Assembly: GCA_964384485.1 (NCBI GenBank)
Contig: CAYLLE010000001.1
Span: 40,589-104,588, forward strand
DNA from: an uncultured Spirochaetales bacterium
GTDB lineage: Bacteria; Spirochaetota; Spirochaetia; CAYLLE01
Reading direction: 5' to 3'
DNA length: 64,000 nt
Under the pieces are notes generated by a model. That model saw only the letters and a list, made by a program, of their open reading frames with translations. It made no database searches and was not told the DNA's origin. Below, in pieces: positions 1 to 9,200 of the stretch (position 1 is the stretch's first letter; each line of letters opens with the position of its first letter). Position numbers and translations under genes: made by a program.

Positions 1-969
1 AAGTACACCGATGGTATCCAAAAAGTAGGCAGCATGCAGCCTCAGCTCCTGATTCTTTGATGATATAAAAGTTAATGCCGTGTTTTCATCTTCTTGAGAA
101 CCCGGTTCTAGGGTTTCAAGAAGATGCAGCGCCTGAGAATCGCTCAAATTTTGGGGATCCACATGATAAAATTCCGCGAAGTCCTCTAATAGTCTCCGCT
201 TAGCTGAACACCGGACTTCATACACCGGATCGTCTTTAAGCCTTGCAAGCAAATATTCGGCAAACTTTTCCCGGTTCTTCGGGTTGAATTCCGTAATGAT
301 GGTTTTTCTGACGAGTGGGTTAGAATCATGAACAAGCTCTTCTACCGACTTCTGTGAACGGGCCGAAGTATCGCCATCCTCGTGGTGAATCAATATTTTT
401 ACAGCAAAATACCGGGCTGCCCATTCCGGATCCCCTGTCATCTCCCTGATTTCATCTATCCGGTTTGAAAAAAGTTTCAGTCCCTGTGTGCCGTCGAAAT
501 CCTCACCCTTTCCGGATATTGCAACCCGCCTGAGGATCAGGAGATCGCCATGACTTTTTAACCAGCTCAGAAACAGGGACGCCACTCTTTTTTTCCGGAG
601 AGATAAAAGCATCACGTAAAACAAGCCTCTTTCGGGCGCGTATGCTAACACCCGTTTAGCATCCCTTTTTCTGCCTCTTCTTTTAAGATGTTCAATCCAG
701 ACATGAGGAAGCCGGAAGAATTTAATTAGATCCGCTTCACTTTTCTTGTTCAGTTTGATGATATACCGGGAGTGCCTCCGGATTGTTGTCTCCGAAAGAG
801 TATCAAGAACGTCACACTCCGTTTTTTCGGTATCAGCGGCTTGTTTTATCCGGTACCGGTTAGTCAACATTATAACAAAAAAGAAAACAGCGACGCCTAG
901 TACAACCGTACCGGCAGCTATAAAAACCCATATCGATAATACTTCAAAAAAAAGGACTACATTATCCAT
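1..969 (-). CDS. Hypothetical membrane-anchored HEAT-repeat protein. It is 3'-truncated at the window edge and only the N-terminal ~323 aa are seen.
   Basis: My own minus-strand translation from the ATG at 969 is open to position 1, so the stop lies outside the window and the ORF track omits it. The N-terminus is a hydrophobic helix (MDNVVLFFEVLSIWVFIAAGTVVLGVAVFFFVIML). HEAT/PBS-lyase-like repeats follow (PEWAARYFAVKIL, NPLVRKTII, DPVYEVRCSAKRRL). Confidence 0.45.
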   Translation of the reverse strand, partial: MDNVVLFFEVLSIWVFIAAGTVVLGVAVFFFVIMLTNRYRIKQAADTEKTECDVLDTLSETTIRRHSRYIIKLNKKSEADLIKFFRLPHVWIEHLKRRGRKRDAKRVLAYAPERGLFYVMLLSLRKKRVASLFLSWLKSHGDLLILRRVAISGKGEDFDGTQGLKLFSNRIDEIREMTGDPEWAARYFAVKILIHHEDGDTSARSQKSVEELVHDSNPLVRKTIITEFNPKNREKFAEYLLARLKDDPVYEVRCSAKRRLLEDFAEFYHVDPQNLSDSQALHLLETLEPGSQEDENTALTFISSKNQELRLHAAYFLDTIGVL

Positions 970-990
970 GACTGACATCCTCCTCATTTT

Positions 991-2559
991 TTACTTCAGC
1001 TTAAGCACTTTATACACCGGAATCGGTTCGGATTTTCCCTTCACCGAAACCGCTTTTAATTTTTTTAGGGAAAATTTATCAGCAACGAAATCAGCAGTGT
1101 TTTGCGTGATAATAATCTCTCCGGCTTCCGCGATCCCTTCAAGACGGGCAGCCACATTCACGGTATCACCAATGATGGAGTAGTCCATCCTTCGGCTGCT
1201 CCCTAAATTTCCCGCGACTAACGGCCCCGAATGCATACCGATACCGATCTTCAATTTCGAAGCATCACCGGTAAAAAACTTCCGGTCCTTAGCCGCAACC
1301 ATCTGCTGAATCTCGTAAGCACACGTTACCGCGTACAGCGCGTCCTGCTGTTCCGACATCAGAGGTACACCCCACGCAGCCATTATACAGTCACCGATAA
1401 ATTTATCGATATACCCCCGGTTCTTTATTATGACTTCCACCGCTTCGCTGAAATATTCGTTCAGCACTTCAATTATATACTCGGGTTCCTTACCCTCCGA
1501 AAAGGAAGTATACCCCCTTATATCGGCAAAAAATACCGTAGCAGTTTTTTTTGCTCCGCCGGGACGCACCAGTTCGGGTTTCTCCATCAGATTATGAACT
1601 ACTTCCTGAGACAAATATCTGGAAAACATGTCCTTTATGACACGCCGTTCCTCCACCGCGATATTGACCCGGTTTTTAAGTTCCCGCTCTCTCGTCTGAT
1701 CGGTAAACAGAAGAATAACTCCTTCATCTTTCCCTCTTTTCCCGCGGAGCGGAGATAGATTTAGAGAAAAATCTATCTCTCCCCCCTCCGATTTAAGAAT
1801 CCCCTCAAGTCCTAATATCTCCGTATTCTCCCTGCGGGCTTTATCTACCGCGTTATAGACTTTCCTAGACAGGGCCTTTCCTAAAACCTCGGGAAACTGT
1901 TTCCCCAGAGTTTCTTTCCCGATTCCCATTTTGACAGCCGCGGCGGAATTGGCATAGCGGATTGTGTTGTCGGCATCCAGAGTTACTAGAAAGTTGGTCA
2001 TCGAAGTAAATATATTTTCCTGGTATCGCTCAAGTTCTTCAGTGTACCGGAGCTGTTCCCTGAGATCGGCATACAGGCTCGCGTTATGAAGCATCCCGGC
2101 GGCAAGAGCGGTGAATGAATTCAGGAATTCAAATTTCACTCTATCGTAAAAGTCTTCATACCGGGAGTTTAACAGCAGGATTCCTAGATATACCTGATGA
2201 GAAAAAACAGGCAGGGCGATTCCGCTGTTCATCTGATGATTTAAGAAGATATCCGTGAAGAATGAATCTTTCCGGGAAAGTAAAACTATTGACTCACGGC
2301 ATTCCTTTAAAAAATCAACCAGGCCGTTACGGGGAGGAAATGTCCGGGGCAGATCAAATCTTCCTCTGCGGTATACAAGATTAAGAGGACTGTTGGGAGC
2401 ACTGGGATCTTCAAACGCGTAAAAGCAGGCGATATCAGATTTAGTAACATCGAGAGACTGCTCGACCAGGACAGATATAATAGATTTACTATCCAGGTTA
2501 TCTGACAACAGAGATCCGGCACGGACAAGATCGTCCATAACTTCTACGGGCATAACCAC
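991..2559 (-). CDS. GAF/PAS-sensor class III adenylate/guanylate cyclase
   Basis: The N-terminus is a GAF-like region, followed by a PAS-like segment (NTIRYANSAAAVKMGIGKETLGKQF). The C-terminus is a CYCc catalytic domain (ATVFFADIRGYTSFSE, FIGDCIMAAWGVP, KIGIGMHSGPLVAGNLG, IIGDTVNVAARLE). Confidence 0.85.
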   Translation of the reverse strand: MVMPVEVMDDLVRAGSLLSDNLDSKSIISVLVEQSLDVTKSDIACFYAFEDPSAPNSPLNLVYRRGRFDLPRTFPPRNGLVDFLKECRESIVLLSRKDSFFTDIFLNHQMNSGIALPVFSHQVYLGILLLNSRYEDFYDRVKFEFLNSFTALAAGMLHNASLYADLREQLRYTEELERYQENIFTSMTNFLVTLDADNTIRYANSAAAVKMGIGKETLGKQFPEVLGKALSRKVYNAVDKARRENTEILGLEGILKSEGGEIDFSLNLSPLRGKRGKDEGVILLFTDQTRERELKNRVNIAVEERRVIKDMFSRYLSQEVVHNLMEKPELVRPGGAKKTATVFFADIRGYTSFSEGKEPEYIIEVLNEYFSEAVEVIIKNRGYIDKFIGDCIMAAWGVPLMSEQQDALYAVTCAYEIQQMVAAKDRKFFTGDASKLKIGIGMHSGPLVAGNLGSSRRMDYSIIGDTVNVAARLEGIAEAGEIIITQNTADFVADKFSLKKLKAVSVKGKSEPIPVYKVLKLK

Positions 2560-2696
2560 TCCATCTCTTAATTATAGTTTATTATCACTATAATGGAAGG
2601 GACGACAACTGAACAGTCAGAGTAGAAAAAACGCCGGCTCCACCTTCCGCTAAGCAGTATTTATTAATTTACCGATACTGTAAGTGGAGGGGAGAA

Positions 2697-2912
2697 ATGA
2701 AAGTATTCCATATCAATAAACTGGATGGGATAGAAATTAGAATCGAGGTACTTCGCGAGGACGAGAACGGTTTTGATATTATTCTATCTTCAACCGCGGG
2801 AAACATGACACAGGAGTCTCATGAACATATCCCCCGTTACCTGCTTGAAGAAGGAATTATCTCGGGGATGATCAGTGAATCGGGAAATTACTCGTCTCCC
2901 GCCCCGCTGTGA
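2697..2912 (+). CDS. small hypothetical protein (71 aa)
   Basis: A strong SD sits 8 nt upstream of the ATG (gtGGAGGggagaaATG). It converges on and overlaps the 3' end of the lipoprotein gene by 25 nt. No recognisable domain. Confidence 0.3.
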   Translation: MKVFHINKLDGIEIRIEVLREDENGFDIILSSTAGNMTQESHEHIPRYLLEEGIISGMISESGNYSSPAPL

Positions 2913-4435
2913 CCATCCATCTGCTCCTGAAGCACGGTTTGTATAATCGCGATAACCTTTCCCGCGGATTCTTCGAACTGATCCCATCGATACCGAAAAT
3001 CCTCAGAAGAGGCAAACAGTTTCAAATACATATTTTCATATAATTCATCCCTGAACAATGCAATCTCTTTTTCCACAGGCGAAAGGCTGAATTCCGTCAG
3101 GTCAAGTACATCCTCCGGGCCGTTCCAGTATTCATCTAGAAAATTCCGTATTATGGCATTCAGATTGCCGGGCCATCTGGAATTTTCCCGCCATAACGAA
3201 AAATCGGTGGAAAACATCAGGAGGGGATTCCGCCAATAGGCTCCGGAGGGATACCGGCTGTCGGGAAGAAACTCCATATCACCATCTTCCTTCAGTTCCC
3301 AATCCAAACCGGTAATTCCGTACTGGATCAGATCGAAATATTCCCGTTCCTGCAGCGTCGCAAGAAAATCAACAACCCGGTCAGTTTGTTTAGTATTCCC
3401 TAAGTAGAAATGATTTAGCCCATCCACCGTATAAGCAGGTGTACCCCCGTTTTTATCGTAAATGAACTCATATTCACTCAGGTTGGAAACGGCTCCCTGG
3501 GTGTAAAAAGGATCCATCAAAAAAGAATTTGCTGAAACTTTGAACGCGAACCACTCATCTGCTGTTTTGACGTCAAAGTTCATATATCCGTAAAGCGGAC
3601 CGTTTCTAGGAGGTTTTCCGAAGTAGTATCCCTCTTCGTACAGCCGAATGGCACGTAAAAAGAATGACTGGATTTCATTATCCATCTCGTCAAAAAGTGA
3701 ATATATTTTCGGATCATTTTCTTTTAAGAACAGGACCATTGAATTATTCAGGAAAGGTAAAGGCCGCCAGCCCTTTTCAATATATAAAAGATCCCGCAGC
3801 AACGAAGGCGGCGAGGCCCCGTCTTCCCGGATCAGGTTTTTTCTTCCGGCAATACGGGAATACTCTATCGCTTCACGTTCCAACGCCGCAAAAGTCGTTA
3901 GCGGATATTCCGAGACAGCCCGCCTCTTTTCGCTGTCAACGACCCACACATCAGGGCCGACAAAAGTCCTGAACGGGATGCCGTAGGAAACACCGTCAAC
4001 AACTGCTTCATCCCAGTGCCTTTCCTTGAAAGAAAAATAAAATTGGGGAAAAATCTGTTTGATATACTCCACAGGTACAATCATTTCTTCTTCCGCCATT
4101 ATTTCAACGGCATTCCTGGAGGGCGGAAATATGAGGTCGGGGGTATCCCCCGCGTTTACCTTTTTTTCCAACGCGCTGATAAACTCGTTGGTATTCCAGG
4201 GCCCGACACTGTATTCTAGCGTTACATTCGTCATTTCTCTAATGCGGTCCACAACCCGGTTGATTGACTCTATATTCGATTCCAAAAGCGTTGCTGTCCG
4301 GCGGGTAAATAATGTGACGGTAAGAGGATCAGGAACAGTGTCCTTTGTTACGGCATATGGATCTTTTTCACTGTTACTGCACCCGGATAAAAATAAAAAA
4401 ACTCCCAGGACCAAGAGGAGATATCTATGCAACAT
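2888..4435 (-). CDS. Lipoprotein resembling a family-1 extracellular solute-binding protein (orphan ABC-transporter SBP).
   Basis: A signal peptide carries a lipobox (MLHRYLLLVLGVFLFLSGC). The start was trimmed to the ATG at 4435, which is preceded by TAGGAG. An SBP_bac_1-like N-terminal pattern is present (TVTLFTRR...AGDTPDLIF). Confidence 0.55.
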   Translation of the reverse strand: MLHRYLLLVLGVFLFLSGCSNSEKDPYAVTKDTVPDPLTVTLFTRRTATLLESNIESINRVVDRIREMTNVTLEYSVGPWNTNEFISALEKKVNAGDTPDLIFPPSRNAVEIMAEEEMIVPVEYIKQIFPQFYFSFKERHWDEAVVDGVSYGIPFRTFVGPDVWVVDSEKRRAVSEYPLTTFAALEREAIEYSRIAGRKNLIREDGASPPSLLRDLLYIEKGWRPLPFLNNSMVLFLKENDPKIYSLFDEMDNEIQSFFLRAIRLYEEGYYFGKPPRNGPLYGYMNFDVKTADEWFAFKVSANSFLMDPFYTQGAVSNLSEYEFIYDKNGGTPAYTVDGLNHFYLGNTKQTDRVVDFLATLQEREYFDLIQYGITGLDWELKEDGDMEFLPDSRYPSGAYWRNPLLMFSTDFSLWRENSRWPGNLNAIIRNFLDEYWNGPEDVLDLTEFSLSPVEKEIALFRDELYENMYLKLFASSEDFRYRWDQFEESAGKVIAIIQTVLQEQMDGHSGAGDE

Positions 4436-4781
4436 ACGTATAATCGGTACTCCTAATCCTGCCAATAAATATAGTTCATATTTGTCTGAAGAGTCCGTGT
4501 CATATTATTGTCGTCCTGATATTCGATAATTACGTAGCCTTCTTTATGGGTGATGGTAATAAGGCTTTGAATGGAATGAATCATCCTGCCTTGATTATCA
4601 TATATATTAATCTTTCCTTTCATATCCGAAAAGTATAAATGAAGATGCCTTCCGGAATCAAGCAGTATCAATTATGGAAAGCATAAATTCAAAAGATTTT
4701 CACAAAATCGGGCGGGGGAGCTGTGTTTATTGACCCGCATCTATATTAAATTTATCTTTAAGAGACCCCGGGAGGTGGTAC

Positions 4782-5714
4782 TTGAGTAATATAATAATAG
4801 AAGTAAACCATGCGTATAAATCATACGGTTCCCTGCGGGCAGTGAATGATTTGACCTTCCAGGTTAGGGAAGGGACGTGTTTCAGCCTGCTTGGTCCAAA
4901 CGGCGCGGGGAAAACCAGTATGATGAAAGTACTCTACGGCAAAGCAAAACCGGATAACCGGAAAGAAATGGAATTGCAGGTCTTCGGATTTGATCCGAGA
5001 CATCAGGAGCTGCAGATAAAATCCGTCTCCGGAGTAGTTCCTCAGGAGGACAGCCTTGATCAGGAACTAAACGTAAAACAAAACCTGAATATTTATGCCA
5101 ATTTTTTTAATTTATCAAAGGCGAGCCGGCAGAAGAGGATTGATTATCTCCTTGACTTTATGGAGCTGTCAGAAAAAAAGAAGGTCAAAATAAAAGAACT
5201 GTCAGGAGGAATGAAGCGGCGCCTCGTGATCGCAAGGGCTTTGCTGAATCAGCCGCGGCTTCTCTTTCTCGATGAACCCACCACAGGCTTGGACCCCCAG
5301 GTAAGACAGCTCATTTGGGATAAACTAAGGAGTCTGAAAAAAGAGGGGGTTTCAATTTTACTGACTACCCACTATATGGATGAGGCCTTTCAGCTGTCGG
5401 ATGAACTTATTATCATGGATAAAGGAAAGAATGTCCTCCAGGGAAATCCGAGAAAACTCCTCTCCACGGATATAGAACCCCACGTCCTGGAACTCATTAA
5501 ACCAGAATTTGCGTCTGAAGTCGAAAAAAAAGCGAACGGGAAACCTCTTCGAAAGGAAGCATCCCAGGAACGGGTTTTATACTACAGCGGTGATGTAGCA
5601 GTGCTCCAGCGGATGAGCGAAGGATTAGACTTCGGCGATTATCACCTCCGCCCGGTTAATCTAGAGGACCTTTTTCTAAAGGCTACAGGAAGGAAACTAC
5701 ATGAACAGCAGTAA
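4782..5714 (+). CDS. ABC transporter ATP-binding protein (ABC-2 exporter type)
   Basis: Walker A (GPNGAGKTS), ABC signature (LSGGMKRR) and Walker B (LLFLDEPTTGLD) are present. The start is TTG, preceded by GGGAGGTGG. Confidence 0.9.
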   Translation: MSNIIIEVNHAYKSYGSLRAVNDLTFQVREGTCFSLLGPNGAGKTSMMKVLYGKAKPDNRKEMELQVFGFDPRHQELQIKSVSGVVPQEDSLDQELNVKQNLNIYANFFNLSKASRQKRIDYLLDFMELSEKKKVKIKELSGGMKRRLVIARALLNQPRLLFLDEPTTGLDPQVRQLIWDKLRSLKKEGVSILLTTHYMDEAFQLSDELIIMDKGKNVLQGNPRKLLSTDIEPHVLELIKPEFASEVEKKANGKPLRKEASQERVLYYSGDVAVLQRMSEGLDFGDYHLRPVNLEDLFLKATGRKLHEQQ

Positions 5715-6525
5715 CCCAACAGCGGAAAAAAAAGGAGGCGGAGTAATAACTGTCGGGTATTACCCCCGTTTCTTCAGCAGAATATTCAGCGTTTGGTTCC
5801 GGCATGTCAGGGTTTACTCTCAGAACCTGCTGAGCAACGGACTCCCTCCGTTTCTAGAGCCCCTTATTTTCCTTGCCGGTATCGGGCTGGGGCTGGGGCG
5901 GTACATACAGAACATGAACGGTATCCCCTATTTGGAGTACCTTGCCTCCGGTTTATTAGTAACTGCCGCAATGTACACCTCTGTGTTTGAATGCTCCTTC
6001 GGAACTTTTATCCGGCTGGAATTCGATAAAGTGTATGACGGTATGCTTTCCGCGCCGATAACCGCGGGAAATCTCATGGTCGGCGAAATCCTTTGGGCGG
6101 GCACAAAAGGACTCTTTTTCACTTTTGCCGTGGTTATAATTGTGGCGGCATTCCGGATCTTACCGGTGACCGCGGTACTGCCCACGCCTCTGGTGGGATT
6201 TCTGACAGGGATCATGTTCGCGAGTATGTCCCTTTTGGTGACGTCATTTGTCAACAACATTAATCATTTTAATTTTTATGTTTCCGGACTTATTTCTCCC
6301 ATGTTTTTCTTCTCCGGAGTCGCCTTTCCTATAGAAAATCTTCCCCAGTCCCTTGTCTGGGTCGCGGAAGCGCTGCCGTTAACACACGCTGTTAGACTTG
6401 CCCGGGCGTTCAGTCTCAATCAGCTTGCCCCTGTACATCTATGGGATCTTCTTTATATTATAGCCTTTTCCTTTATCATCGGTGCAGCTGCAATTTGGCG
6501 GCTTAAAAGAAGGCTTATAGATTGA
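5701..6525 (+). CDS. ABC-2 type transporter permease
   Basis: Six predicted TM helices. It overlaps the upstream ATPase gene by 14 nt. ABC-2/NodJ-like hydrophobic profile. Confidence 0.85.
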   Translation: MNSSNPTAEKKGGGVITVGYYPRFFSRIFSVWFRHVRVYSQNLLSNGLPPFLEPLIFLAGIGLGLGRYIQNMNGIPYLEYLASGLLVTAAMYTSVFECSFGTFIRLEFDKVYDGMLSAPITAGNLMVGEILWAGTKGLFFTFAVVIIVAAFRILPVTAVLPTPLVGFLTGIMFASMSLLVTSFVNNINHFNFYVSGLISPMFFFSGVAFPIENLPQSLVWVAEALPLTHAVRLARAFSLNQLAPVHLWDLLYIIAFSFIIGAAAIWRLKRRLID

Positions 6526-6544
6526 CTAACAGGAGGATAGCTTA

Positions 6545-7252
6545 ATGCAGTTTTTAGAATCACTTTCGGCAGGTGAAGTTGACCTTTCGGCGATTCTCCT
6601 AAAATTGGGGCTCGCCTTTTTACTTGGGGGTTTAACTGGTCTGGAACGGGAACTGAGTCACCAGCCGGCCGGCTTGCGGACCCACATCCTTATATCGACC
6701 GGCGCCTGTCTCCTGACGGTTCTGTCAATATTTATCGGTCAGGGAATGGAGGGGACATCTTCGGGTGATCCCGGGAGAATAGCATCCCAAATCGTATCCG
6801 GTATCGGATTTCTAGGAGCCGGAGCCATCATCAACTTCGGTGTTGATATCCGGGGACTCACTACCGCCGCGTCGGTGTGGTCCACCGCCGCTATTGGAAT
6901 GGCCGTCGGAGGCGGTCTTTTTACAGCCGCGGCTATTGCTACAGGGATTATTCTGTTTGCCCTCATCATTCTTGAACAGCTTGAAAAAAAGATACTTCCG
7001 GATAAAAACCTTAAAATACTGACAGTAGAATGCGAAGGAAAAACAATCATTAAAGAGGAGATATACTCGGTCTTGAAAGATTTTAAAATAAAAGTCCGCA
7101 GCCTTAATATAAGGCAGCTCATAAAAGAGAATAAAACTGAATACAAAATGATCATCTATATCAATAGAGAAACTAATCTTGATGAGGTATACGCCAGGTT
7201 CCATTCGGAAATCAAGAATATTACCCGGCTGGAAATTGTCCAGGAAGCTTAA
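6545..7252 (+). CDS. MgtC/SapB family membrane protein with C-terminal ACT-like domain
   Basis: The N-terminus matches MgtC (LGLAFLLGGLTGLERE...GIGFLGAGAII). The RBS is GGAGGATAGCTTA-ATG. Confidence 0.85.
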   Translation: MQFLESLSAGEVDLSAILLKLGLAFLLGGLTGLERELSHQPAGLRTHILISTGACLLTVLSIFIGQGMEGTSSGDPGRIASQIVSGIGFLGAGAIINFGVDIRGLTTAASVWSTAAIGMAVGGGLFTAAAIATGIILFALIILEQLEKKILPDKNLKILTVECEGKTIIKEEIYSVLKDFKIKVRSLNIRQLIKENKTEYKMIIYINRETNLDEVYARFHSEIKNITRLEIVQEA

Positions 7253-8475
7253 TGATTGAACATATGCCGGTCCCGGCGAAGTATATAGAGCAGATTTATT
7301 CCCAGACCTAAGGCTAAGACTATTCCCAGAAACAGGAAAATGGCGGGTATTCCCAGGTTGATAGAAATAAAGCTGCCGGCCATAGGCGCCAGAAACCAGC
7401 CCAGACTGCCAACGGCCGTCTGTACGCCAAAAAGTTTTCCCCGCTTTCCGGGATCTGTCTGAATACTCAGGGAAGACTGAACAATCGGTTCGACCCCTCC
7501 GAGAAAGTAAGTTCCCGCAACATAAAGCAGAATAAAACTCCAAAGCCCCCTAGTAAAGAAAACCGGTATGTAGAACATCCCGCCGAGAAACATGAATAAT
7601 ACAATTAAGAGTGATTTTTGCTTCCGGTCTCCCAACCTGCTTAATGTAAGCCCTGCTAAAGCGGTTGCCAGCCCAACCGCTGCCGAAACGGAGCCGGTTA
7701 TCGAAGAGGCTCCCCGGAGAGTACCCCGGATTTCCTGGATATACAGCGCGATGAAGGGATTCGCCATTGTACGGGTAAAACGGAGGATGAACAAACTGAA
7801 AAAGAGAATCAGAATCTCCGGACGCAAAAACATCCGGAGAGTATTGCGCAGCCGCTGCCGAAGAGCAGGTTTAACTCCCCCTCCCGATGCAGGGGGCGCT
7901 TCCGGCTTTTTGCTTTCGGTGATCAGAAACAGGACGAAGAAAAATCCTGCTAACAGCACAGAAGAACCTATCATAAAACTGGTACGGTAACCGACGAGTT
8001 CCGCCAGCAAACCACCCACGAAAGGTCCCAAGGCGAGTCCGATAAAGGTGGAAGAGGAGAGGAATCCAAGCGCGAACGACTGCCTGTCCGAAGGTGTTTC
8101 CGCGGCCACCAGAGTAGCGGCAGCGGAAATAGTTCCGGTGAAAAGTCCCTGACAGATCCGGAGTACTACCACGGTCTGAACATTCCGGCTCAAACCTAAC
8201 AGAAATATGATAATGCTGCCGACCCCCATGGACCTGAGCATCATAAGTTTTCTGCCGAAACGGTCCGCCAGCCCTCCCCAGATCGGCGCCATTATACCCA
8301 TCGCGAGGGCAGGGGCAGAGGAGATAATCCCGGTCCAGAACCGGACCCGTTCCGGATCGGTTATTCCAAGATCCTGAATGTAGTACGGCAGAAACGGAAG
8401 GGCGAATCCGAAACCTGTTAAAGAGAGAATTTGAGCCACCCAAACCGTATATAAGTTCCGTTTCCAGATGTTCAT
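7249..8475 (-). CDS. MFS transporter
   Basis: Twelve TM segments with MFS motifs (GGLADRFGRK, LRFTRTMANPF). It overlaps the mtnN stop as ATGA. Confidence 0.85.
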   Translation of the reverse strand: MNIWKRNLYTVWVAQILSLTGFGFALPFLPYYIQDLGITDPERVRFWTGIISSAPALAMGIMAPIWGGLADRFGRKLMMLRSMGVGSIIIFLLGLSRNVQTVVVLRICQGLFTGTISAAATLVAAETPSDRQSFALGFLSSSTFIGLALGPFVGGLLAELVGYRTSFMIGSSVLLAGFFFVLFLITESKKPEAPPASGGGVKPALRQRLRNTLRMFLRPEILILFFSLFILRFTRTMANPFIALYIQEIRGTLRGASSITGSVSAAVGLATALAGLTLSRLGDRKQKSLLIVLFMFLGGMFYIPVFFTRGLWSFILLYVAGTYFLGGVEPIVQSSLSIQTDPGKRGKLFGVQTAVGSLGWFLAPMAGSFISINLGIPAIFLFLGIVLALGLGINLLYILRRDRHMFNH

Positions 8476-9200
8476 GATTTATCACCGGTTTGAGTCAGAA
8501 TGTGGGTTACGAGATTATAAGAATTATCCGAGGCGGACCTCATAATCTTGGAAAAATCTTTCCGCGCGTTTCTGTCGGCCCGGTCGGACACCGTTCTTGT
8601 CAGCAGGAAAGGTATACCATTGCTGAAGGCGACCAACCCGACCGCGGCTCCCTCCATCTCCACCGCGTCTCCCTCGAGATGCGACCTTAAAACCCGGCTG
8701 CTTTCGGAATCGGCAGCGAGAACAACAAAACGGTCACCGGTCAGTATCCTGCCGGTATGTACCGCGTGTTTCTTCAAGAAAGATTTTCCCCAGGGCGAGG
8801 TTTTTACCGACAAGGCCGCTTCTATTAATTCAGGATCGGATTTCAAAATCCGGATACCCGTAAACGGAATCTCCCCCAGCTCGAAGTTCATGGCAGTAAC
8901 GTCCATGTCGTACTGGAGTGTGTCATTCCCGATTATTATATCTCCGATCCCGTAACCGGGATTTAATGCTCCGGCCAATCCGGTAAAGATCACTGCATCC
9001 ACGGGATAAGAATCGATGATCCGCTGAGTAACCATGGCCGAAAGTACCTTACCCACTCCCGATTTTGCAAGAATCACTTCACGGCCCTTCAGTGTTCCCA
9101 GATATATTTCTCTTCCTTTCCAGGAATGTACTTTCCTGTTTACAAGATTCTTTTTAAATGTCTTGATTTCGCAGTCCAGCGCGCCCAATATGAGTATCAT
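8472..9200 (-). CDS. mtnN: 5'-methylthioadenosine/S-adenosylhomocysteine nucleosidase
   Basis: PNP_UDP_1 fold with the characteristic EMEGAAV motif. The N-terminus reads ILGALDCEI, with FTGLAGAL further in. It is translationally coupled on both sides by ATGA overlaps. Confidence 0.85.
   Translation of the reverse strand: MILILGALDCEIKTFKKNLVNRKVHSWKGREIYLGTLKGREVILAKSGVGKVLSAMVTQRIIDSYPVDAVIFTGLAGALNPGYGIGDIIIGNDTLQYDMDVTAMNFELGEIPFTGIRILKSDPELIEAALSVKTSPWGKSFLKKHAVHTGRILTGDRFVVLAADSESSRVLRSHLEGDAVEMEGAAVGLVAFSNGIPFLLTRTVSDRADRNARKDFSKIMRSASDNSYNLVTHILTQTGDKS

Noticed and set aside
746-1758. ORFs 746..1183(+) and 1231..1758(+) overlapping the adenylate cyclase gene
   Set aside because: They lie antisense within the strongly supported cyclase CDS at 991..2559(-) and the upstream HEAT-repeat gene. 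They have no RBS or domain features. They are typical shadow ORFs.
4453-4671. 72-aa ORF upstream of the lipoprotein gene
   Set aside because: It has no RBS, an unusual composition, and overlaps the probable promoter and 5' region of the lipoprotein gene. It is not supportable as a gene from sequence alone.
6739-8485. Antisense ORFs 6739..7155(-), 6812..7543(-), 7592..7990(+) and 7871..8485(-) within the MgtC and MFS genes
   Set aside because: They are embedded in or opposite to confidently assigned membrane-protein genes. They are Arg/Ser/Pro-rich, with the low-complexity composition typical of antisense frames in sequence of this GC content.
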